Source of the DNA: Sphacelaria rigidula
Lineage: Eukaryota
Direction: 5' to 3'
DNA: 33,786 nucleotides
Assembly (NCBI GenBank): GCA_964200075.2
Contig: CAXNAA020000030.1
Location: 1 to 33,786 of the forward strand
Below the pieces are notes generated by a model. It was not told the origin of the DNA. It saw nothing but the letters and a program-made list of their open reading frames with translations, and made no database searches. The position numbers were made by a program, and so were the translations under genes. Below are positions 23,531-33,786 of this stretch, piece by piece. Within the stretch, counting starts at the first letter, position 1. Each line of letters opens with the position of its first letter.

Positions 23531-26063
23531 TTGTGTTCTCTTGTTGCGTCTTGTCTGTACTCGTACAGAGGTGTTGTAATGAACATCGGAATAAAAAAAT
23601 GAATGATGGAATTGCTAACTGTAAAAAGGTGAGAAGTTGGGGTTGTACACTTTTAGGACCCCCGATGACCGGCTAGCTAGTGACTCGTTCAAAAAAGTGA
23701 TTTTAGAGTAAAAGCGGAGTTTGTGTCGGGAATTCATCTCTCGACTCCCAAAGTCCGGAGTCAAGCCGTAACCATGATGAGTCTTTGTATAACCGAAGAA
23801 GCTGCAAAAATAGCATTCAACAATAAAAAAAGTCGAATGTTGATTACTATACTCGTGCGTGAACCGAAAAAATTCCTTGTTTTGCATGGTGTAAATGACT
23901 GTGGCTGGTGTGTGCGACTACGCTCTTTTCGAAGGCACGGCAAAATTGATGACACTCTGCCGACCGCCACAAAAGCTGAAACGGCCTTCTTCCTACGTAC
24001 ACGTCGCTTCCAAAAGCTATGTTCAGTGCCCAGTATATCAGTGTAGCATGAGCTATGCCCAAGAACGTCAGCAAGTGTAAATGAACAGCATCGCATGGTG
24101 GTGCTGGCACATCGACGAGGAACATGGATGGTCTCACGTTTCTCTGATAACAAGACTAGCGCGATGGAATTTTGGGCGAGACGAGATTGATCGAGGGGCC
24201 AAAACGTGGGCTAAACGTGGCTTGTATGAGCTGAGTTCCTTTCTCGCTGTAGACTGAGCTGTGCAGACAAGATCATGCCGCGATATCAGCGCCGGAGTCC
24301 AGTCTGTAACCGTCAATACAGCGCCAAACGCCTCGTTACCGACCATGTCCCAGACCCGCATACCCGAAAGGGCCCGGTGACCTCGAGCCCAGTTTGCCGG
24401 AAAACCTCGGAATAGTGAGCTCAGGTGATGACATTTTCTGTGATTTGACCAGATCACTTCCCCCGTAACATTTGGTCAGGCAATCTGACCGCAGGTAATC
24501 AGGCCATGCAGAATACTGTTTCGGCCTAGATCGCCGCGCATGGAAGTTGGCCTTACCCGGGTACGCCGGAATATCGTACTCGAATGCACTGCATGTTTTC
24601 ACCCAGTGTTTCCATTGGGGCACCACCAAGCAAGCTGACTTAACTGTACACCTTCGACTTTGGACACGCGGATACCGGAAGTGATACAAAGAATTCGTTC
24701 GCCTACCTCGCTACAAACAAGACTGTACAGCGCTGCATTGTGGTGCGGGGCAAACCTCGCTGGCGCGCACACCCCTGTGTCGTGCGTTGATTTACGTCAC
24801 GAGTTTGCCTGCAGTCAATAAAATAAATACGAATCCTTCCACTATATATATACCCAAAGCATGGTGTGTCCGGTATGTATGATGATAATTGTGTTACCCG
24901 CTAGGTTCGGATAGCTGATGGCATGCAGCTTGCCCCGCTGGTGACGTGATGCATGGGCTCTCCCTGGATCAACGTACTCGCTATGCGTGTATGCTGCATG
25001 TGAAGGGCTAGCATCGCAGGTTGTACCCTGGTCGTACCCCGCGTGTGGTCAACCCCAGAGAAAATTCTTGTGGCGAAGTGCGCAAGAGCACAAGAAACAG
25101 CGCTCTATTTGTGAACACGAGGAAGGCCGAGTCATACACATACTGGGTCAATTGGTGCTATTATCATGTATCCGAGAAACGTGAGTATACTGTTGCGAAC
25201 ACGGCTAGATCCTCGGGAGCCCCATTCATTGGGAATAGCGTTCGACAGTACCATGTGCGACCACAGATATTACCTTGTTCTTGTATACTTGTCAACCTGA
25301 AAGTGGAGATGAGCACGTGGCTGACATTCATTTTTCAAGTGACATATGCCGACTCAGCAGATTTCCCTCTCTGGGGGTCAAACGGTTGACCCTCTGGGCT
25401 CCAGGGCGGGTTATGTTGTCCAATGATTCATCACTTTCCCTAGAGAGCTCGGTGGAATGGGTTAAGGCCCACTTGGTCAAGCTGAATAGTATATTTCGGT
25501 AGAGTAAAGCACGAATCACCAGTTTTATCCGTACGTAGCCACGATCATGTCGGACCCAAAGTTTCGTTCATATTTTCCCCCTTGCCCGCAACAACACTTT
25601 CCTTGGCACTGTACAGTTTTCCCCGAAAAATAAAGTAATCATGTTTCGAAACAGAACTGGAGCTCTTTACATCCCCTCACGCACTGCTACATCGCCCAAC
25701 CCCAGACCTAGACGCATGGGCTCGTCGATAGTGTCTACATGAGAAGTTACCGATGTTTCAGCGCATGGCAGCGACGACAGCGCGCGCACGATCGTGCCTC
25801 CTGCTCCGAGCATCTCTACAGTCGATACCGGAATGCCCTTTCTACAAATTGTCACTATTCAGAGGCTGTGTCAGTACTGATCCATATCCGTTTGCCAGCA
25901 CTGTACCCTCCCAGGAGATTATAATATGGAAGTGAGTGCGCCATGTACACATCTGCATTCCCCACGGTACACGGAATCTGGGCTGCGACATTGCCGTTTT
26001 GAAGGCGTATCGACGTTATATCGGTATTCGCTTAGTTTAATTTTCTCCTTAGCCGAAAGGAGC

Positions 26064-26118
26064 TGAAACTTGGTGCACATGGTGCCTGAGTTGTGTCGAA
26101 CTAGTGCACCAAGTTTCA
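26064..26118. repeat. Perfect 15-bp inverted repeat with 25-nt loop
   Basis: tgaaacttggtgcac (26064-26078) / gtgcaccaagtttca (26104-26118). Confidence 0.9.
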
Positions 26119-26350
26119 TGGTGGTGCATGCCACGGTCGAGAAATGCACAAGGTTTCCGTACAAAAATGCAATGATTTTTGTATGCGGGCCAAGTGCGCG
26201 CAGTCACGAATATAGGGCGGGTATTGTGGTATATGTAAATATATATATTTTTTTCGCGCAAGACTGTTGTGCTGTGAATGTCTCAATGGTAGATCCCCCT
26301 CTAGCACTGTTACCCCTGTTCGCCTCTAAAATTGTTCATGATCGATATTT

Positions 26351-26568
26351 CTTGATCTGAATGTGGACACCAACATGTGGATCTTTAGTGGGGCTGACAG
26401 TCCCGAGTGCTCCTAATAATATCGTGTGCAGAAGGTATTTTTGTCCGAATCAACGCCTGCGGCGCCGACTGGAGGTCTGCTAACACACTTTGTGGCCACG
26501 GACCTCTCTGCACCCCTCTCTGCCCGACGGTTCTCGGTTTGCCTCCCGGTGGGGATAGGTTTCGGGTT
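26351..26568 (+). repeat. Repeat family R copy 3 (empty site for the 136-bp MITE)
   Basis: Aligns with 32042-32376 minus the insert. Single gaggtctg at 26472-26479. Confidence 0.8.
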
Positions 26569-29425
26569 ATTTTGAAAATGTGTCAACCGTAGATCGTTTG
26601 GAGGCGAACTGGAGTAAATTCACCTCCCCCTGTACCTAGGGGTTTTAGCTTCATTTCGTTGTATTTGAGGTATGGCTGTGTTCGATCGAGTTGCCGGTAC
26701 AGGTGACGAGTATTGCATACAGATATAACACTTCAGGTCCGACAAAATCTGTGCATGTTTACGAGTGCAAGTGGTGACCCTGATATTTAATCAATTTTCA
26801 ACAATCATTCGACCATAGGTTGAAAAGAAGAAGTGCCGTGTATGTTTTCTTCTGCTGTCCACCTCCTGCTTTTCTGTCATGATGGCCGCACACTGTACTG
26901 CACCGTCCGAGTGTGCTGTTGTTGTCCCAGGTAGGACGAAGCAAAGATCGAAATAGCGTGCAGCAGCCTGAGGGCGGTGGAGCACTGATCGTTCGGGAAA
27001 AGTTGATCATGCGTGAGCTATACACCAGTCGCAGATGAAATATGCATAAAACGTCGAAACATGAATACCCGAGGTGCGCCACCACTGTCCCTTGTGTACC
27101 AAAAGTGGTTTCTTGCGTGTACCGGTATGGTGCTAGACTGCCGCAGTTGCCACATGTTTGAGACATCCAGCGCAGAAGATGTGCATTCTAGAGTTGACGA
27201 TAGTTCAATCGGGTGGAAATGGAGATTGGGTTGCATCATCTGAAACTATTCTGAATCCTGGATACTCATTCACCACTGTTATTGCTCTTCCTCTCAAATG
27301 CAGCCTTACCCACAGCGTGCCCTGCCAAATACATGTATTTTAAGATTCAGGCATGTTGCATATACCTCACCCCTCTACTTGAGACTTGAAATTTTCATGG
27401 TCGCCCTTGTAACGTCGTGGGCGGTGGTGGTGGGGGGTGAATCTGCCGACAGATATCCAGTCCCCCATTTTTTAGCCAACGAAAGCCAATCGCCTGTTCG
27501 CAATCGAGTCCCGGGAATTACGGTGAATTCTCCGTTTTATTCTCAAGTCTGTCTCTCATCTTCCCCCAAATCTTGCGGGCGCGGGTGCTTGTTTCTCGGG
27601 ATAGTTGGAGTCGATAATCATATCATCTCCAGGTGGGTGGGTACGATTCATTATCCTTGCTGCAGCGGCTGGCGTTTCACAAATGCAGTCGTCCACACTA
27701 CGCAAGCTTGTGAAATCCATCAAGGCTACTATCCCCTCGAAAGGAAGTACAATACTCCTGACCAACAGTGTTGGCTCAGCTGTACCCGTTTCTTCTTTCG
27801 AGGTGCTGTGCACGTGATGAGGCGAAGCCCAGGCGAGGTACGAGAGTAGGAATCATCGCGTGAGACCTAGGCATTTCGTCGTTGGAAAGCGAATCCTGTA
27901 CTACTGTCGTGACAGCAGTTTGGGCAGTCAGCACGTGTTTCGTTCGCGCCTGCCTGTTGCGTCGACACGGCACTGTATGGTATATGTACATGAAATTAAG
28001 TTCTACGCGCAGAGTCTCGCGGTGGTTCCCGTGCATTCCCGTGCATATGGGTTGGATACAGGAATTTACGGTTGTTCCTCTTGGGCGAATCTCCTCTGTG
28101 ATTTCTGGGGGCAGCAACGAACGCCAAGTTTCCCCACATCACAATCGCGGGAAGCCCTGCAGTCTGGTAGGCTCACTCGGCATCACGTCCGTGCTCGTTG
28201 TAACGTGTACATGCATGTGAAGAAAGTCAGTCGAGGTAAAGTCGTCGGATTGGGCGACGCGGTTGCCTTGAGGCGCAACATTTTACAAGAGGTTGCGAAG
28301 ATCACACTCTCATATACCCCGCGGAAACCGACGGGGTTTCCAAGATCATGGTACAGTACTACTGAATTCACCGTCATGTCTGTCACGTGCGTTTCCTACA
28401 AGTAGTTGCAGGGTTTTCGACCATGTCGTGATCTTCGTTGTACCTGTGCCTTGGTCATTATCCACTTCCAGTGCGAGCACAATATTTGTCATCAAGATTT
28501 TTATCAAGACTAAATGAATACAAACGCAAATGATAAGTGTAGAGACAAGGGTCACTGCAGTTCAGGAATAATGCCCCCCCACCCCACCCCACCCCTACCC
28601 CTTCCTTGTCTCCAGCGCCCACCTACAGGCGTCTCTTCAGTTTGGTGGTGGAAACTAAGACTGCCCTATGCAGTTACGTTTCCCCCAGACAGGCCCACTA
28701 CAGGATCTCGAGTAGGTGATCCGCTCGGAGAGCATCAGACATTATCCCCGGTGTCCATTCCATTGGTGTCCCCGGGTTCCGAGTCATCGTCATCATTCCA
28801 ATATTAGCTACAGATACCTCATTACATGGCGCTTGATGGTTCCACTGATTTCACTGATTGTCTTCCCGAGCAAACCAAACCCAACGTGGAGGATAAACCA
28901 TATCGTACGAGTAGCGACATCTGGTGTGTTGCGTTGGATCTGGAGCAAATCATGCACGTACGACAACCATGACACGCAGTCGACAAGAGGGTCGGCTTGA
29001 AACGGGGCCACCAACCAGCCAGGCTTGGCCAGGTTGAGGAAGTCCTCCTCGGTGAACCTACAGACCACTTGTTGCACGACAAGAAGTAAGGGCAGTTTCC
29101 AGCAGCAGGTACAGCCTTTGGATAGCCGACCAACATTGTCCAAGATGTCCATACTTTTAAAGCCTCAAGTCATGTGCATGCAGTCAGTATTTATGTCTTC
29201 GCTGAGCTGTTTTGAGTTCCTGGGGTACGTGGTTTTGTACTCCAACTGTGTGCAAGCGACGCATCATGGCAGCCGCCACTGCTGCGACATACGCAACATA
29301 CATTCTCTCCCATCTATGCCCTCGCAGCAATCACATCCTGGTACTTACGAGGTAGGACTGGGACATCTCGAGCGTGTTGTGCTCCTGCATGCATGTCTGT
29401 ACCTCCTCAAATCCTGTGTGTACCA

Positions 29426-29778
29426 GCCGGTCGCCCCAGTGGCTCAGTTGGTATCCTCAATGCCGTCTGACCATTGAGACGTGAGTTCGATTCCCACACC
29501 GTCTGGGTTTTTCCTTCACATAGTGCCCAATAGGGGAGAGCGACCATGCCGTGGGTCGACCATGTCGTGGGTATACAATGGTCGACGTCACGGTCGACGA
29601 AAGAGAAGGATCGCTCAACATTTGTAGCGATGAAAAGCAAGTCAAGCACCGCAGAAGGATAGAGGAGCGCCACAATTGGCCAAAAACTAGAAACTACTGT
29701 GCCCGCGGGTTATACGCTCACTTGTACCGAAAGATGTAGGCCGGCGTCCAGAAGTAATGACACAAAAGCACACATACA
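29426..29778 (+). mobile_element. tRNA-derived SINE copy D (full length)
   Basis: A box TGGCTCAGTTGG at 29440-29451, B box AGTTCGATTCC at 29484-29494, family body, and tail gatgtaggccggcgtccagaa..cacacatac. Confidence 0.9.
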
Positions 29779-29814
29779 TGAGAACTTGTTTCTTGATGAG
29801 CGGCTGAATACAAC

Positions 29815-30079
29815 GGTATGGAACAGTCAGCGTGCCATCGCTCTCCACGGAACACAGTCTACGGCCGGGGCAAGGTTGGCTAACCTCGACTGTCTTTTAG
29901 TCTTGCACGCATGCGGCATCGTCTCAACTGTACTTCCTTTTTTGCCGTCTCTTTACTGCTTCAGCTGCTGCTGCTGCTGCTACTATTTCTACTACTCTCC
30001 CGTACATGCGAACATTTTTATCACCAAAGGCAAATGGTATGGAACAGTCAGCGTGAAATCGCTCTCCATTCAACACAGT
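29815..30079 (+). repeat. 44-bp direct repeats (29815-29858, 30036-30079) flanking a spacer with a (CTG)n/(CTA)n microsatellite
   Basis: ggtatggaacagtcagcgtg(cc/aa)atcgctctcca(cgg/ttc)aacacagt, 39/44 identical. Confidence 0.85.
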
Positions 30080-32041
30080 ACACTGCACGCTGAAGTCTCT
30101 GCTGCGTTATGGTACACAACACTACGGTGTGAAGCTACGCTGGCAGCACAAGAGGGGTCAGGCAGGCGGCACAGGCTACCAACAGAGTAAAAAGCACACC
30201 CTTTGCCCATGGTTTCCCATGGTTCAGTGGTCGTTATCCAAACGGTCGAACACGGCTTCGCTGCGAGATGTCCATCTGTAGTCCATCTGTAGGCGCAATA
30301 AAGTGGCCATTCTGATCAATCGCAAAAACTTGATCAAAATGGCCACTCCCCTTTTCGCAGTCCTCGTTCTTGGCTTGGAATTTTCCGTGGGAAAGTTCCT
30401 TTACAAACACAAGTGGTCGACTTTGTGAGTTTTGTGGCTGTTCTGCGAACGGGCACCCACTTCCCTCAAAAATCACCCGCCCGCCCACCTGGAACCCCCT
30501 GGATGCCCCTGGACTGCCAGCTGACGAAACTGTTCCGAGGCGAAGCTTGCTTTCAAATGACTTATCAGGAATGGCGATGCTCCTGAACACGCGAGTGGTC
30601 ACTAAAACATCTGAATCCTACTTGCTCATCCAAGACCACCCTTCTCCGCCTCTCCGACGATGACATGAGCATGTCTCCTCCCGGAACACCACACCCGGGG
30701 GTGTTATTTGGCGTATTGACTGTTCACGGGTGGACAAAGATGGTGTTGTGAACGCACGAGGGTTACTATCGGAACACGACACATTTGCCATGTGCCCCCA
30801 GGATGAACAGGACCACCACCATTCGTTTGTGATATGACAAAACGCTGGATACCACCCCCGGGGACTGCCACTGTGCTATCCCTGAAATAACCATAAGTCC
30901 AACCTCCACGTGAGACATCGCCATAGCATCGAAGATGTTTCCGTGATAATTGCATGCGCAATGCGCCAGATTTTCGACCCTCGGTGGGGTCTTCAATATT
31001 CAAAAACAGGAGAAACATAAGTCGGGCCACATTAGCAATCAAGTTCGTCTAAATTCTAATGCATTGGTCAGGACCCATCGGTCCAAAGGCTGAAACTTCA
31101 TTTGAGGTTTGTCAAGTCAGACTTTGCCCGATTCGATCGCAATGTTTTTCTCTACCACTATTTGACAATGTAGACAAGGTTTCCGCATTGCACTTGTTTA
31201 TGAGCAGTCTTTTTTGAAACCCTGAACTGATGAACTCGAATAATATGGTCGTTATCCAATTGAACGCAGGATTAATGTCGCAAAAGGCACGTCGGATTCG
31301 GCGTCTATGCCAATTTTTCACTCGACATACCTTTTTTTTTGTCGATTCAAGTAACAATCGAGCCAGCGAGACTTTGTCCTTGACCGCGGAGGTGCCCTAT
31401 ACGCGGTCCTCTCTTGACATCGTCGACCCTTGACATCGCTGAAGCTGGGGAGGACGACTTTGATCCCACCGTTCATATTTTATGGTACTCGTGAAAGTGC
31501 GCGAGGAATGACAAAAAATCTACAAAACCCGCCCCCGGCGAGAACTTGAACGAATGGGTTTATTTGACACATGGATCATGTAATATATGTGAAAATGGTG
31601 CCGATGATCCGGCAGGGTCATTAGTAGAGCCCTCTTTTATAGTAGCGTTCATCACTTGGTGTTATCCGTCGCGATCCGGTGGCGTAATGGTCTGACTATC
31701 GCCATTTGGGTTGAGAGAAGACAGGGTTTCATTCCTGATGCGTTGGGTTTTTCTTCGTGATATATATATTCTTTCTACAATGGAAAGCGTGAGAACGTGA
31801 GTAAACAAAGTACGAGTATACTCGCAGTCGACTGAGTTTGTTTGACGTGAGTTCATCCTGGTTCATCCGGTTCGGGAGTGCCGACCGAAACCGCGAGAGC
31901 AAAATGCAAAGCGTGTACCGGGGAGAGAAGGGTTGATCCCTTGAGACCAGTAGACCACGGACTCGTCCCGAGGAAGGGGAGGGGCTCAGAGTGCCATAAA
32001 TACAACAAATAAAATGACCAAAATAGGTTGGAGTCAGCGCA

Positions 32042-32376
32042 CTTGGTTTTAGCCTGGACATCGACATCCGTATATTTGATGGGGGCTGTGCTCCTAGCGT
32101 GCGCAGAAGGCGTTTTAGTCCGTATCATATCGGGACCTGCGGCGCTATTTGAGGTCTGCACACCCTGGACAAAAGATTCTATTGTAAAAAAGTGTACTGC
32201 GTACAGTGTATAATCTAGTGTATATCGCAATAGGCGCAATAGTCGATACTGTACGCAGTACTTTTTGACGGTGTATTCCATTGTCCAGGGTGTGGAGGTC
32301 TGGCAACGTACGCTTTGCCTGGGGAACGCTTTGCACTCCCCTCGCCTGAGGGTTCTCGGTTTGCCTTCGTTGGGGT
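32042..32376 (+). repeat. Repeat family R copy 4, interrupted by the 136-bp MITE
   Basis: The flanks of the insert align with 26351-26568 and with the reverse complement of 13713-13932. Confidence 0.8.
32159..32294. mobile_element. 136-bp non-autonomous TIR transposon (MITE) with 8-bp TSD, hAT- or P-type
   Basis: Perfect 14-bp TIR CACACCCTGGACAA / TTGTCCAGGGTGTG. TSD GAGGTCTG at 32151-32158 and 32295-32302. Inner IR tactgcgtacagt / actgtacgcagta. Confidence 0.93.
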
Positions 32377-32722
32377 AATGATTAGGGCGTGTCTTCGCAC
32401 ATTTGTTTTCGATCGAGGAAATGAGCGGTGGAAGTGACTGGAGCGACATTTGCTCGATTTTCTGGAGTTGGGTCCGAATGAATTTACAATGTTTTAATCT
32501 AAAAGACTACGACATTCGTGAAATGCTATATGGTCGCTTGTGTGCAGTACTATGGCACTGTTTGCATGTGTGTGTGCCTGTTTCGTACAGTGGCGTGTAA
32601 AGGAGAAGTGGGCAACTTGCGATGCAGACAGGCCAGGACTATAAGTCATCTCTGCTTACAATGTGACGTGAAGAGGAGTTGGACAACGTGCAGCTTTGTA
32701 CTGCCTGAACTGTCCATGAGCG

Positions 32723-33786
32723 TGTACGCAGCTCGGTTGCCAACCCCATCACGCCGTTCCGCCGCTCATCCCCACCACGACAGAAGGTGCTCAAGTTTTC
32801 GCCATCAAAGAAAAAACAAATCATATCCAACTACTGCAGTGTTTCTATCCCTGTGCTCCACTCATGCTACAGGGTTGCGATGGTAGCTGATAATGGGTTG
32901 CATGGGGTTTGCAGGGTTCTGTGAACAGTTGGTATCTGCCGTGGTGGTCTGTAAGATGAAAGTCAAGTGCCCCTTCGTGCCTTCCGACCGCATGTTTTTG
33001 ATCGGAAAAGATTGGCTCAATTGTTTTTTACTTCTTCGCGCGCCATTAATTACAAAGAATAGTTGAAGCCAACTGGGAACAGAAATGCGGTGGACCCATA
33101 AGATCGCCTTTTTTTTTCTACCGCATTTTTTCGATCGAAAAAAAATGTGCGAAGGGCGCGTCTTGGCACATTTTTTTTCGATCGAAAAAATGCGGTGGAA
33201 GACGAACACTACAATCTGATAGGTCGTTATTTCAACCATCGTCGTTTATTTTGAAGATGGTTGAAATCACGACCAATCAGATCGGGACTTTATTTTTCCA
33301 CCACACTTTTTCGATCGAAATATGATGTGCTGAGGGCGTGTCTTGGCACTTTTTTTTCGATCGAAAAAGTGCGATCAAGGTTTCTTTTGCTTATCTGATA
33401 GGTGCACCGCATTTATGTTCCTCGAAGGCTTCAACTCAAAATTATAATTAGCAGCGCGCGGAGAAGAATGCAACGAGTGGAAAAACAATTTCCTTCGATC
33501 GAAAACATACAGTCGAAACGCACGAAGCGGCACTTGAGACTTGTCGTACAGACCACCACGCCAAATAAAACCCGTTCACAGGACAATGCCAACTCCGTCC
33601 AACTCATTCTCAGCTACCACCACAACCATGCAGCATAGAGCACGAGTTGAGCACAGGCATAGATACACGAAAGTAGTTGGGTAGTGCTTTGTTTATTTTT
33701 TGTTGGCGAGAACTCGCGCATCTTCTCTCAGGGTAGTCATCAGGGATGGAACTGCGTGCGGTACGGTGGCAACCGAGTTGCGTGCA
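32723..33786. mobile_element. Large foldback palindrome centred near 33248, running off the window end
   Basis: Arm 32723-33070 aligns with the reverse complement of 33425-33786 (cgca.ctcggttgcca, ccaactact, cctgtgctc, ggtagctga, gtggtggtctgta, tcaagtgcc.cttcgtgc, agttgaagcc). Central stem atctgataggtcgttatttcaaccatc / gatggttgaaatcacgaccaatcagat (25/27). Confidence 0.88.

Larger units (their letters stand above)
26791..31476 (-). pseudogene. Decayed compact multi-exon gene of unknown family (possibly transposon-borne)
   Basis: A series of minus-strand exon-like blocks with GT-AG signals: 31476-31331 (ATG..AG|gtatgt), 30881-~30758, ~30618/30582-30200, 29413-29349, 29245-29155, 29057-28818 (RFTEEDFLNLAKPGWLV...WFILHVGFG), 27239-27069 and 26967-26791 (stop). 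Several introns are ~100 bp. In-frame stops, an 11-bp frameshifting duplication (30271-30292) and a SINE insertion are present. No domain recognised. Confidence 0.5.

Noticed and set aside
28900..28945. QRNTPD as a Ulp1/C48 protease QxNxxDCG motif
   Set aside because: The catalytic Cys is absent and no upstream His/Asp motif is visible.
9751..29778. All four SINE copies on the + strand
   Set aside because: With four copies the chance of a shared orientation is 1 in 8, which is not significant.
82..33638. The many 60-210 aa ORFs in the six-frame track as stand-alone genes
   Set aside because: This is intron-rich eukaryotic DNA. The ORFs overlap on all frames, lack recognisable domains, and many are translations of repeats (e.g. 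9727-10359 is largely the SINE antisense).

Overview
Eukaryotic genomic DNA, mostly intron and intergenic. It is probably from a brown alga (kelp-like Phaeophyceae). That assignment is an inference from roughly balanced GC content, 1-1.5 kb introns with CAG acceptors, and a tRNA-headed SINE I recall from kelp genomes. One host gene is well supported: four internal + strand exons (1187-1270, 2528-2666, 3712-3845, 5353-5447) of an EEF1AKMT4/METTL13-N-like class I SAM-dependent methyltransferase. Its third intron in the window appears to be a non-canonical GC-AG intron. The rest is layered mobile-element material. It includes four copies of a tRNA-derived SINE, one nested in a decayed RTE-like LINE, and about seven copies of a ~100-bp piggyBac-like MITE (intact TTAA on both sides of one copy). 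There are also four copies of an unclassified ~220-bp repeat, one carrying a 136-bp TIR element with an 8-bp TSD, plus a 420-bp foldback element and a >1-kb nested palindrome at the right edge. A decayed, compact multi-exon gene of unknown family lies on the minus strand at ~26.8-31.5 kb, and there is a 10-N assembly gap. I see no rRNA, functional tRNA, CRISPR array or prokaryote-type system. Most ORFs in the supplied track look spurious. I cannot support a claim of a new biological system; the best leads are the nested palindrome, the orphan decayed gene and the TE families.
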